Notes: generated by a model from the sequence alone, not told the origin. 64,000 bases of DNA from an uncultured Spirochaetota bacterium (GCA_963745235.1 CAVUXE010000052.1:64001-128000); one strand, 5' to 3'. Shown: positions 37,992 through 47,770, counted from the stretch's first letter. Made by a program: numbers and translations.

Positions 37992-38374
37992 TGAGGATAG
38001 GCTCCATGCTGAGTGACATCATGCGCTCGCTCGTGCGCAGGCCGTTCACCGAGCGGTATCCCTTCGTCGTGAAACCCGCCCCCGAGCGCACGCGCGGCCG
38101 CCTGGAATGGGATGCGGAGAAATGCACCGGCTGCATGCTGTGCGTGAAGGATTGCCCCGCGGACGCCATCCAGGTCACCGTGGTGGACAGGGCCGCGAAG
38201 AAGTTGATCTTCCGATACCGCACTGACCGGTGCGTCTATTGCGGCCAGTGCGTTGTGAGCTGCAAGCCGGGCGCCCTCTCCATGTCACCGGAGCACTGGC
38301 ATCTTTCCTCGACAACGAAAGAGTCATTTTCAGTGGTCTACCAGAACCACCAGGGAAGCTCAGAGAAGGGGTGA
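37988..38374 (+). CDS. 2x[4Fe-4S] ferredoxin-like subunit (NuoI-like)
   Basis: 'CTGCMLCVKDCP' and 'CVYCGQCVVSC'. Confidence 0.92.
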   Translation: MMRIGSMLSDIMRSLVRRPFTERYPFVVKPAPERTRGRLEWDAEKCTGCMLCVKDCPADAIQVTVVDRAAKKLIFRYRTDRCVYCGQCVVSCKPGALSMSPEHWHLSSTTKESFSVVYQNHQGSSEKG

Positions 38375-38860
38375 CAGCTTTTGCGCCCATTTTCGGATGG
38401 CTTCCCAGTCCCGAATGTCCGATGCAGGCATCTTCTTGAGCGCTGGGATCATGGACCAGGGAAAACCAAGCCGGGACGGGTCGAACCTGCCGCCGAAAAC
38501 CTCCTTTGTAATCGGGCTGAACCAGGGGTATTTCTGGAGCTCCTTGTCAAGTTGCGCGCGTACGTCGTTCCATTCCTTCTCCACGTCATGGAAAGGTCCG
38601 AGGGCGAAAACGGCCGCCGGCATGTTTGCCAGAGTGCCCTTGTGCCGGGACAGAAAGCTCACTGCATCCTTGTGCCAACGGAACATGAAAAACGGCGCTC
38701 CGAGCACCACCGACCGGTACCCTTCGAGGGACTTCACCTCCTCGAGCCGCTTCACGGCGACTTCCCGCGGGCCCGCTCGGAGTGTCTCGCTTATTGCATC
38801 TGCAATCTCCTTCGTGGAACCACTGCGCGTGGCGTAACCAACAAGAATGGCATCTGGCAT
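38360..38860 (-). CDS. Flavodoxin-domain protein (HemG/Flavodoxin_5-like)
   Basis: 'YATRSGSTKEIA', 'FGGRFDP', 'DIRDWEAIRKWA'. Confidence 0.88.
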   Translation of the reverse strand: MPDAILVGYATRSGSTKEIADAISETLRAGPREVAVKRLEEVKSLEGYRSVVLGAPFFMFRWHKDAVSFLSRHKGTLANMPAAVFALGPFHDVEKEWNDVRAQLDKELQKYPWFSPITKEVFGGRFDPSRLGFPWSMIPALKKMPASDIRDWEAIRKWAQKLSPLL

Positions 38861-38959
38861 GGGGATCTCCTTCTCAGACTATTCAACACCGGTATGAGAG
38901 CGGCGCTGGCACCAGACAAATTCACCTTGCAAAGCACTGGCGGGCGAAAGTCGTTCACG

Positions 38960-39069
38960 GTTCTCCGCCCAGGGCCTTGAAGATGTCCTTCCGGGCCCTG
39001 GCTCGATTCATGTTGGACGCGGCGGAAGGGGGGCTCTACAAGAAGGAGGTCGTCGGGCTGGGCGCGTAG
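38960..39069 (+). pseudogene. C-terminal remnant of an NAD(P)H-binding (flavin reductase-like) protein
   Basis: 'MSFRALARFMLDAAEGGLYKKEVVGLGA*' resembles the C-terminus of that family; no N-terminal part present. Confidence 0.4.
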
Positions 39070-39087
39070 AAACAAAGGGGGGATACT

Positions 39088-39459
39088 TTACACCGCCTTT
39101 TCTTCATTCTCCTTTACCCGAAACTCAACGATCTTCCTTATCAATTCGATCGGCAAATCCATGGCATGGGGAAACTGAATTGTTCCATGCCCGCTTTGCT
39201 TGAACTCCTTCAGCTCGTGTTTGAATCGGCTGAAGACCGTCATGCTTGCCGGGTAGAAGCCGATGTGATCCTTGAATGCGCCAAAGTAAACCAACCTGCC
39301 TTTGTAGAAAAAAGCGGGCATATCGTAGCTGATCTTCCCCTCGGCCTTGGGCGCTGCTTCCCGAATGACATGGCAAATCGAGTGCAGCCTTTCTCGGACT
39401 TCATCCTGGCGTACCTGGATGTATTCATCGATCGATGCAAGCGTTGCCTTGTGCTTCAT
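39088..39459 (-). CDS. DUF1801 (YdhG-like) protein
   Basis: 'SIDEYI', 'KISYDMPAF', 'FGAFKDHIGFYP', 'GTIQFP..LPIELIRKIV'. Confidence 0.88.
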   Translation of the reverse strand: MKHKATLASIDEYIQVRQDEVRERLHSICHVIREAAPKAEGKISYDMPAFFYKGRLVYFGAFKDHIGFYPASMTVFSRFKHELKEFKQSGHGTIQFPHAMDLPIELIRKIVEFRVKENEEKAV

Positions 39460-39621
39460 TTGCGGTGGCCACCTGTCATAGTTCGAAAGATACAAACGCG
39501 CCCGCAGACCAGCAAGCCAGCGCAGCAATCGGGGGGGTCCGTCCGCTTTCGTTCGCGGGCTCCCTCACGAACAACTCCGTGTGGGGCCGCAGAATCTGCC
39601 TTTCCTTGATGCCTTATTTGA

Positions 39622-39668
39622 AGTCGGGCTGGCCGGATTTGAACCGGCGGCCTTTCGGTCCCGAACCG
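39622..39668 (-). repeat. att site: displaced 3' part of tRNA-Pro (47-bp direct repeat)
   Basis: Identical to 45781-45827 except one base (A39637 vs G45796). Confidence 0.95.
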
Positions 39669-39791
39669 CAAAAAGCTCCAAAAAGCGCCTTTTTGACCAG
39701 GAAAAGCCCAACTTTCTTCAATAGTAATGCATGAGCAAGTGAGCGCATCTGCGCGCGAAATGGCAAAATCAGGTCAAACAAATCAAATCGC

Positions 39792-39989
39792 CTACCACGC
39801 TTTGAGTGCGTGCCCTATGATGTATACTCCTTCGCCGGCCGCCGCCACGCTCACCGTCACGATGCCCACCTTGAGCACCGTGATCTCCGTGGCCAGGGCG
39901 TCCGCCTGGATCTTGGCGTCTCCCAGTGGAGCGGCCTGCATCCGATCGTCGTAGAGATGGTTGGTCGCGAGGTTGATGTTCGTCTCCAC
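39792..39989 (-). pseudogene. Short coiled-coil + C-terminal TM fragment, possibly phage-derived
   Basis: Host-like GC; ends in TM 'VGIVTVSVAAAGEGVYIIGHALKAW'; no clear start signal. Confidence 0.3.
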
Positions 39990-40018
39990 CTGTTGGAGCT
40001 CCGCAGGGGAGTCAATTT

Positions 40019-40603
40019 GTGGATGGGCCGCTTGTTGGAAGGGATGCGACGGTTATTGGGACATACACACGTCAGCTGGGAAAGGACGAGTCCGGCGATA
40101 GACTCTCTTCTCAAAGCTTCTATGTCTGCAAGGTCGATCTTCAAGACGTCTCGATCGGCTTTAGTTGGTTCCCGCGGTTGATCGGGAACTCGATAAACAA
40201 TCAAGGTATTGTCTTCGCTCCGATCAATGATCGTTCGATAGCCGACGCAAGGGAAAAGGCCAAAGAGGAAGCTGTGGAACAAATGAAGCGTGCTGAATCA
40301 GATAGGCAACAACAAAGCATCGTCCAAGCCCCCGTAGGCCTCAAGTCGAACTTGGCCCTACGACTTCTTATAACGATGATTCAACGCGGTACATTGCCAG
40401 GGACAGCTCTAAATACCACCGGCACGACTATGGCCTCTGTCACAATCTGGGTCAACTTCTACGACCAAAGCGGAGCGCAGGTAAGCTCCGATCTTGCCAT
40501 GATTGCGAATCTCGCGCCAGGCCAGACATGGAAGTGGAAGATAGCCTATTACGATGACAGCGTGAGATCTTACAAGATAGTGAAAGTCGATGTCGATTAT
40601 TGA
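40019..40603 (+). pseudogene. FxLYD-domain protein, 5'-truncated
   Basis: 'VNFYDQSGAQV...NLAPGQTWKW'; no SD or signal peptide; apparent compensating frameshifts near 40345-40400. Confidence 0.6.
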
Positions 40604-40608
40604 AGCGT

Positions 40609-40740
40609 TGCGGGGACGGCAATATCGCCACGGCGGCGGCGCTGCATGAACCGTGGGGACTTGCGTTCGACCTTTCTGGCAATCTTCTCATAGCGGATCG
40701 CATCAATAATCGCATAAGAAAGGTCGCCCTTGGCCAGTGA
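40609..40740 (+). pseudogene. Single NHL-repeat fragment
   Basis: Translates 'CGDGNIATAAALHEPWGLAFDLSGNLLIADRINNRIRKVALGQ*'; no start. Confidence 0.7.
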
Positions 40741-40773
40741 ACCTCTGGCCGATGCGACAGAGGAATCGCGCTG

Positions 40774-40836
40774 ATGGCTGAGAATCTGCTCTACTACGGC
40801 GACAACCTCAGATGGAAATCCGGATTCGTCCCTTGA
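40774..40836 (+). pseudogene. N-terminal stub of a site-specific DNA methyltransferase
   Basis: GAGGA SD, then 'MAENLLYYGDNL' (typical beta-class MTase start) and a stop after 20 codons. Confidence 0.55.
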
Positions 40837-40851
40837 AGTCGGAGGTGAGAA

Positions 40852-41367
40852 ATGCGTTTCAAAGAGATATTGGCACGCCTTACGGGACTGAGTTCGCCGG
40901 TATTTGGTGTGTCATGGAACCCTCCTGAACCACACATCGCTGTCGCCAGGCGAGTCGTTACTTTTCTCGAGGATCGGCGCGTTCTTTATAGCCCTTTTGA
41001 AATGGAACTGCCGAATCACTGCATCGAATCGGTACTTGAGATTCGCGGGTATCTGACGAAGGAACTACAACCTCTCGAAGCTATCACCGAAATCGCCAAT
41101 TCACTCCGTGCCATGCGATCTGCCTGTCGCAAGTTCATGGACGCAGTAGGTCCTCGGTCAGATGTTGCCCGTTTTCGCGGAAACAATGGCCCAGCGACTT
41201 GGGTTTTCAACAGTGCACTCGGAGAGCTCCGGGGCGTCTTCGGCATTCATGTCGCCAGGCTCGCTGCAGCCCATGGCCTGGACGTGGAAGACGATCTGGC
41301 CGCCATTCTGCCCGGCAAAGACGATGACGATGAACGCACGATAGAAGACGAGTACGCCCTTCGCTGA
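40852..41367 (+). CDS. DUF6650-like protein
   Basis: GGAGG SD; 'RLTGLSSPVFGVSWNP', 'FLEDRRVLY', 'SLRAMRSACRKF', 'LGELRGVFG'. Confidence 0.75.
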   Translation: MRFKEILARLTGLSSPVFGVSWNPPEPHIAVARRVVTFLEDRRVLYSPFEMELPNHCIESVLEIRGYLTKELQPLEAITEIANSLRAMRSACRKFMDAVGPRSDVARFRGNNGPATWVFNSALGELRGVFGIHVARLAAAHGLDVEDDLAAILPGKDDDDERTIEDEYALR

Positions 41368-41597
41368 CTCGGTAGGGAGCTAAGCAGAGCTTGCAAAGAT
41401 CAGCATGCCTCGAATTCGGTCGCCAGGACATCGAGCTCCATTTCCGCGATTAGTGCTGGACGACAGGCTCTCGGCGGGATCCGGCCGACGCAGCGCTCTT
41501 ATCAAGAAAAAAAGTTCTTGAAAAGCCCAATTTCTTTATGGTAGCTGGAACAATCACAGTTCATCCATTTCAAGAACTTCCAGGAGAGATAATCTTT

Positions 41598-43891
41598 CTA
41601 TTCCCAGAGCGTCGAAATTTCTTCTTGGATATTTCTTGCCAGACCCTTTATCTGACTCTTCTTTTTTTCCATGGCTCTGTGGATCGCAATGATCCGCTTT
41701 TGTGCCTGTCGATTAGGCAGTGGAACCTTGATTGTGAGAAAGATATCATCTGGAATGCTTCTTCTCCGATCAACGGCTCCTTGCATGAGTTGTTTGTATA
41801 CCTCACGCATTTTTAGCGATCGCAATAGCAACTCCAAAAAGGTCATATTAGTCTTTGAACGCCTCAGTTTCCAAATCTTGTATGCCGGACTAACAGCGGC
41901 TGCATCATACTTCGTTTGAAATCCCAATACTCCTTCATCAATTGGAAAGCCAACGACGAGTTCATTACGATAGGCTTTCTTGTAATGTGCGATATCGCTA
42001 CTTGCAATTCTTTTTCTAAATTTATCTCCCTGGTCGATCAGTCCATCGTTCATTGTTATCGACATAATTGGCAAGTCTAAATTTCCTACGCGGTCTTTCC
42101 CGGAAATCTCCAATAAATCGCCAAAAGTCAATTCAGTCGTTCCAGGGGCAAACGATTCATTCATTCGTATATAAGGCCCAGCGGTCAGAACATACTGATT
42201 GTTGGCGACCTCTCCAATTTCAATTTTCGAAACACCTATCTTCGTAGCATAGTCTTGAGGTTGAATATCGAGTTCTTTTTCTGACAATACTAGTTCCAGA
42301 TCGTTTATTCCCTCGACCTTCCTACGCTTTCTGTCCAAAGTGTATCCGTCGTTTTGAACGTTGAAGAACCAATAATGATCTTTGGTTTTTGAAATCCTTA
42401 CATCCGTGAGATAGAGAATGCTAGCCTTAGTCCGATTATAAGGCTCAAAAGCCCCCCTTGGCAACGAGATGACGCTCTTTAGCGTCGAATTCTCAAGCAA
42501 TAATCTTCTAACGCTGCCGAAGCTTCTGTCGTTCTTGTTCGACAAAAAACCGTCAGGCGCGATTATTGCCATGCGGCCACCGCGCTTCAAGGACCGGAAA
42601 CAATGCTGTGGACAAACGAGGTCGCCGTTCCTACTGGGAACAGAATATTTCTCTCCGTAGCGCGTCTTTTGAGCAAATGGATAGTTTGTTATAACAAGGT
42701 CGAACTTGTCGTCAACGGGATTCGCCAGACTGTCTAGTCTCTCTATGTTATTATGGCCGTCCCCAGCAAGGATCATGTTCATTTTTGCGATGCTTGCTGT
42801 CCGTGTCAATTCACGACCATAAAGAGTAGATTCTCTTAAGCGCTTTTGATTTACTTCTGTATGGGCCATATTGGCCATAATATGTTTGAAAGCTACAATC
42901 AGCATTCCTCCCGTGCCACAGAATGGATCGTAGATCGTTTCTCCGATTTGTGGATTGACGAGTTTGACCAGCGTCTTGACAATATGTCGTGGCGTAAATA
43001 TCTCGCCCAAATCTGATGGATTGCTTGCGCTGTAAGACCGTATGAAGTACTCGAATGCGTCTCCCTTGACGTCAGCGTTGATATCCGTCAGCTGCAAGTC
43101 ATCAAGTAATCTGATAATCTCTCTCAAGTTATCTGGGTGCCGGATTTTTAGGCCCCTAAACAGACTTTCGTCTTTATACTCGCTTGAAAACCACTTCAGC
43201 ACCGTATCGCCAACGTAACTAAGTAATTCTGTCCCCTTCTTCTCCTTAAAGTAGTTCCAGCGGTAGACATGATCGATGCTCGATGGTTACCGGTAGCCTC
43301 CTTGCCATCCTCGACTTCGCTGAGAACTTTCAAGAACAAGATGTTGGAGAACTCGGTGAATCTTTCGAGACCTTGCTGCAATCCCTCTTCTCGTAGCAAA
43401 TCGTTAACGCGCTCAAAAACGGAAATCAGTTCGCTCCTCGACTTTATTACCCTCTTATTGAGTGTATTGACTTCGTTTGAAGACAGAAACCGGAGTGCCA
43501 GCGCCTCACGTATGAGCTCATCTACTTCTTCGCCGTTCAACACCAGCGGTCTATCAAACTTCACATGCATCGTTTTCGTAAAGACACCATCCGTCGCAAA
43601 GACGATGGGTGCCTCTAAGGCTTTGGCGTATTCGATTCCTTGACCGAGAGCTTCTTGTATATTTCGTCCCGGCCTTTTCGCCTCAATTACTGCAATAGGG
43701 TCGTTCCCCATACTAGGATATAGGACATAGTCAGGTCTCTTGCCATGCAAGTTTCGTCTTTGCGCTTCCGTTTTCACACGCTGTTGATAGACGTTTCGGT
43801 CCCGCGCCCTCGGATTCGAACTCCATCCCAGATTCCTAAGCTGAGTATCTATCAGGACTTCAGTGTCACGCTCAATTGACAAAGTACTCAT
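41598..43891 (-). CDS. Fused restriction endonuclease-N6 adenine methyltransferase-TRD (type IIG/type I-like), frameshift near 43287
   Basis: PD-(D/E)xK 'RPDYVL...IEAK'; motif I 'DPFCGTGG'; motif IV 'NYPF'; C-terminal HsdS-like TRD 'VSPAY...IKVPLP'. Confidence 0.85.
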
Positions 43892-44101
43892 TGATCATAG
43901 CCTTTTTTGTCGCTGAAACGTGTTCTGACAATTAATATCATTCATGCTTACTATCGGCCTATCTGCAAAGCCAGTTGAACCTTCTCAAGAGTGCACGGGG
44001 TGATATGGCCTTATAATGGTCTTCTGCTCCCCTTCCGGACAGTGTCTCTTGAGATTGCCCTATTGATCTCGTCCCTGTTGGACGTGAGCTGGCACATACG
44101 A

Positions 44102-44494
44102 TCATAGCAGCCCTTCTATGGCCTCTCTCGCTGCCTCGAGTTCCGCTACCCTCTCCGCGATCGAAGGATGATCGTAGATGTCCGTCGTCTCCTCCGATGG
44201 ATGGCCGAGCAGCTTGGGCAATAAGCCCGGTTTCGGCATGTTCCTACGAAAGACGGTGGTAAAAGTGTGACGAAAGGAGTGCGCAACCAGGTTGCGGTCG
44301 CCTACGACAATCGGAGGCGGCAGCTGCTTCTCCTTGGCTTCACGTGCGAGTCGCTCTATGGCTCGAGAAAATGCACTCGGTCCCTGTAGCTCGATCTCTT
44401 CAGCCGATCGCCTTGTTGATCTCTTCCCTATAGGGAGCGAGTTGACGCATCCGCTCCAGGAGGACCGGGACATATGGCGCTCGGAAACGCTCAC
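44102..44494 (-). pseudogene. Second tyrosine recombinase, internally deleted (C-terminal catalytic part only)
   Basis: 'AHSFRHTF', 'LLGH', 'TDIYDH'; only 130 aa; GTGA overlap with the integrase. Confidence 0.75.
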
Positions 44495-45675
44495 TGGATC
44501 GCCTCGTTGAGTTTCTTTTTCCAGGGTGTGAGCTGGCGCATGCGGTCGATCAACACTGGCTGATCATAGTGCTCCGGCATCGCGGGATCGATATGTCCCA
44601 TAATGGCCATGAGGACTTCTTGTGGGAGAATCGGGCGGAAGACCGAGTCGAAGGTGTAGCGTCCCGAGTACGGTATGATCTTCCGCCCCGCTGCGGGGAT
44701 CTTCGCGCGATCGACGGCCACATGTAGACGGGAATGGAGCAGCTCCGGCCGGATCGGCGCGCCGTTGTAAATGAAAAGGAAATCCCGCGGCTTCTGCGCT
44801 GATAGCCAAGCCTCGAGGACTTTCATCGCCCAATCGATCAGGAATGTCCCTCGATAGCGTTTGTCACGCTCCCCGCCCATCTTGAGGTAAGGCAGAACCT
44901 TCCCTTCGGAGCTCATCGACCTGGTCACCAGCAGGACGGAAAGCTTCTTGAGAAGCTGCTCAGGGGCTACCGCACGGGCCTCCTGGGGACGAAGCCCTCC
45001 GAAAAACAGCACGGAGGCGCATGCAGCCAGGGCAAGGCCTGCGTCCTTGGGCTCCCGCCGTGCCTTTTCACGGGGATCGCCCCAGAGCTCGCGCAGAGAG
45101 GCCTTGTCGCGCGGGAAGAGCTGCTTCAGCTCCTGGATCGTCAGCGTTGAGGGTTTCGCGGACTGCTTTGAGGGAAGCTCAATGTCAGGGACGACGTGGA
45201 TGATCTGCCGGCGCTTTGCTTCTTTGAGTATCCGAATCAACGTCGCAGTCACATTGCGGCGTCCACGATTGCTCATGTCCAGGCCGTAGATCCAGTCGTC
45301 AATGCCCTCCGAAGTCAGATCTGCCAGGGCTTCTTCGCCCAGGCCTGGGATAATGTGCAAACGGACATTGAGCTCGTGCTCCTGCAGCGTATGCGGGGCG
45401 AGCGACCGATTGCCGCGTCTCCGCGCCTGGCGCTGTGCCCAGGGTCCCCCGGGAGTGAAGAGGTGCTTCGCGAGTTCCTTCACCTTCGCGCTGGATCCCC
45501 GAACCTTCTGCCCGCGGAGATCCTCGATCAGACGCTCGACCTCCGCGCGCGATTGGAAGGGATCCCCGGTCTCTGGATGAACGATGATGCGACGGCGCTT
45601 GCCGTTTTCAGTCGCGTTGAGAGCCCAGCGGCGGACACCATTGACCAGAGGCCGGAAGGGCCTGTATCTGCGCAT
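44491..45675 (-). CDS. Tyrosine recombinase/integrase
   Basis: 'GLRPQEARA', 'YSGRYTF', 'IMGH', 'HYD'; next to the att site; promoter TTGACT-N17-TACAAT at 45716-45688. Confidence 0.9.
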   Translation of the reverse strand: MRRYRPFRPLVNGVRRWALNATENGKRRRIIVHPETGDPFQSRAEVERLIEDLRGQKVRGSSAKVKELAKHLFTPGGPWAQRQARRRGNRSLAPHTLQEHELNVRLHIIPGLGEEALADLTSEGIDDWIYGLDMSNRGRRNVTATLIRILKEAKRRQIIHVVPDIELPSKQSAKPSTLTIQELKQLFPRDKASLRELWGDPREKARREPKDAGLALAACASVLFFGGLRPQEARAVAPEQLLKKLSVLLVTRSMSSEGKVLPYLKMGGERDKRYRGTFLIDWAMKVLEAWLSAQKPRDFLFIYNGAPIRPELLHSRLHVAVDRAKIPAAGRKIIPYSGRYTFDSVFRPILPQEVLMAIMGHIDPAMPEHYDQPVLIDRMRQLTPWKKKLNEAIQ

Positions 45676-45737
45676 TTCTTTAAGCAGATTGTAGGATCCT
45701 GGCAAATGGAAGTCAATCGAAAAATGTCTTGTGGAAT

Positions 45738-45780
45738 AAAAAATCCCCAATCCTGTAATTGCTTACAGGGCTGGGGATTG
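45738..45780 (-). terminator. Intrinsic terminator downstream of tRNA-Pro
   Basis: AATCCCCAGCCCTGTAA-GCAA-TTACAGGATTGGGGAT followed by a T-run on the - strand. Confidence 0.8.
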
Positions 45781-45782
45781 AG

Positions 45783-45855
45783 TCGGGCTGGCCGGGTTTG
45801 AACCGGCGGCCTTTCGGTCCCGAACCGAACGCGCTACCAACTGCGCTACAGCCCG
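45783..45855 (-). tRNA. tRNA-Pro(CGG)
   Basis: CGGGCTG acceptor stem, anticodon arm TTCGG-TTCGGGA-CCGAA, GGTTCAAAC T-loop; CCA not encoded. Confidence 0.95.
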
Positions 45856-45952
45856 AAGAGTGCGATTCTTGCTGCTGATGCCGCGACCCGCTGAAACCCT
45901 TGCGGGACGGAGCATCCCCGACGAAGCCCTGTATTTTCGATGAAAAAAAGAG

Positions 45953-46026
45953 CGGGAGCGACGGGACTTGAACCCGCGGCCTCCGGCTTGACAGGCCAGC
46001 GCGATAACCAGCTTCGCCACGCCCCC
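45953..46026 (-). tRNA. tRNA-Asp(GTC)
   Basis: GGGGGCG acceptor stem, anticodon loop CTGTCAA, GGTTCAAGT T-loop; upstream TTGACA-N18-TACATT. Confidence 0.95.
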
Positions 46027-46209
46027 GTTGAGCTGAATGTACCAGCCATGCACGCGCAATGTCAAGGCATGGACATGACGGTGCGGGCGGCCGCGGCCTC
46101 CGCATGGGGTATACCGGGGGGGCCCAGCGGCGGCGGGCCGCATTGACAGCCGCGCATGCCGCGTGGTAACTTTTCCTGTCGACACTTAACCTCCATACAG
46201 GAAAAGGCA

Positions 46210-47763
46210 ATGCCATCACGAGACATCAGACGAGCACAAGGGAAAAAAGGAGAGACCGTCTCCGACGCGATAGAAAAGAGGCACGAGAGCCATCCCTTCA
46301 TCTACGGTTTCAGCATAGTCGTCCTTGTGGTCATCGTCGTCACATTCGTCCTGGCGGGCCCCGGCGGTCCAATGACCCGCGGCAGCTTCGGCAGCGGGCA
46401 GTCAATTGTATTCGGCTCCTATGAAGGGCACGATGTTGCCTACTACCCCGGCGGGTACTTCGCCCAGCAGCGGGACAGGCTTGCGGCGCAGGTCCGGCAG
46501 AGCTCCTCTCAGCAGAACACGGAGGCCATGGTCCAGGCGGTCTGGTACCAGGCATTCCAACAGACCGCAATGCATGTTGCCGTGCTGGCTCTTGGCGCGA
46601 AGGCTGGCCTTCATGTCTCGGATGACGCGGTGGACAAGGCGCTCATAAACTACCCGGGCTACCTTGATGACAACGGCAGGTTCAGCGAAGAGAGGTACCA
46701 GAAAGCCTCGGGCCAGGAAAAGGAGAGCACGCGGAAGCTCTATCGAGAGAACCTGCTGACCTCCCTGATAGCCACGGACATCCTCGCGGGGGTCAAGACC
46801 GGAACGAAGGAATCGAGCTTCATCGTCTCCATGGTCAAGCCTGAGCGGAGCTTCCAGTTCGCAAGCTTCTCTTTCTCCACCTTCCCGCAGGGGGAGGTTC
46901 GAAAATACGCTGAGGCCAACAAGTCCCGCTTCCGCAAGATCAAGGTGAGCAGGATCCTCGTGAAGAGCGGGGACGCGGAAGCGACGCAGATCAGGCGCAA
47001 AATCGTGGAGAAGACGAGCACCTTCCAGGAGCTGGCCAAGACCTACTCCAAGGACGCATACGCCGACAACGGCGGGGACATGGGTTGGCGCTACGCGTAC
47101 GACCTGCAGGCTGATTTCGAGAACAAGGACACGGTGAACCAGATCTTCAACCTCAGGACGGGTGACGTGAGTGACGTCCTGAAGGGGACGTACGGCTGGA
47201 TGGTCTATCGCTGCGACGCGGATCCGACGGACCCTGATCTGTCAAACCCCAGCGTTCTTGATGACGTCAAGGCGTACCTCACGAAGTACGAGAAAGGCAA
47301 AATCGAGGACTACTTCAACGGGCAGGCCGCGCAGCTGACACGGGGTGCCGCTGACATCGGTTTCGACAAGGCGGCCATGCAGGCCGGGCTGAAAGTGAAG
47401 CGCACGGACTACTTCCCCGTCAACCTGGAGAACGTCTTTTCCTTTGCGCCGCTGCAGGCGGTCCCCGAGACGGACACGCCCTCCAATGCTGTCAATAGCG
47501 AGGACTTCTTCTATCGGGCATTCTCCCTGGGCAAGGACCAGGCCTCGGCGCCTGTTGTCCTTGACGACCAGGTCATGGTTCTCAAGCTGCTCGGAGAACG
47601 CCAAATGCCCGACACGACCGTCAACCTGCTCGGGAACTGGATAGACTACATGGCAGGGCAGTCTGCCCAGGCGGACCTCACGGCCCAGTTGATGGCCCCG
47701 GGGAAGCTCACGGACAACTTCGAGGAAGTCTTCTCACAGTACGTCATGCCGCGGCGGCAATAG
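46210..47763 (+). CDS. SurA N-terminal/parvulin-type peptidyl-prolyl isomerase (PpiD-like)
   Basis: N-terminal TM; 'FQELAKTYSKD...GGDMGW', 'GDVSDVLK..YGW'. Confidence 0.8.
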   Translation: MPSRDIRRAQGKKGETVSDAIEKRHESHPFIYGFSIVVLVVIVVTFVLAGPGGPMTRGSFGSGQSIVFGSYEGHDVAYYPGGYFAQQRDRLAAQVRQSSSQQNTEAMVQAVWYQAFQQTAMHVAVLALGAKAGLHVSDDAVDKALINYPGYLDDNGRFSEERYQKASGQEKESTRKLYRENLLTSLIATDILAGVKTGTKESSFIVSMVKPERSFQFASFSFSTFPQGEVRKYAEANKSRFRKIKVSRILVKSGDAEATQIRRKIVEKTSTFQELAKTYSKDAYADNGGDMGWRYAYDLQADFENKDTVNQIFNLRTGDVSDVLKGTYGWMVYRCDADPTDPDLSNPSVLDDVKAYLTKYEKGKIEDYFNGQAAQLTRGAADIGFDKAAMQAGLKVKRTDYFPVNLENVFSFAPLQAVPETDTPSNAVNSEDFFYRAFSLGKDQASAPVVLDDQVMVLKLLGERQMPDTTVNLLGNWIDYMAGQSAQADLTAQLMAPGKLTDNFEEVFSQYVMPRRQ

Positions 47764-47770
47764 GCCGAGC

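Larger units (their letters stand above)
39622..45827. mobile_element. ~6.2 kb integrative element/genomic island in tRNA-Pro(CGG), decayed
   Basis: Flanking 47-bp repeats, integrase beside the tRNA, AT-richer cargo, RM gene and gene fragments. Confidence 0.92.

Noticed and set aside
30408-38374. NADH dehydrogenase (nuo) operon or cysteine-less Mbx/Ehr complex
   Set aside because: Large subunit retains both CxxC Ni-binding motifs, small subunit has CxxC rather than CC, and nuoEFG are absent
39622-39668. Second tRNA-Pro gene
   Set aside because: Only the 3' portion is present; no D-arm or 5' acceptor strand, so it is an att repeat
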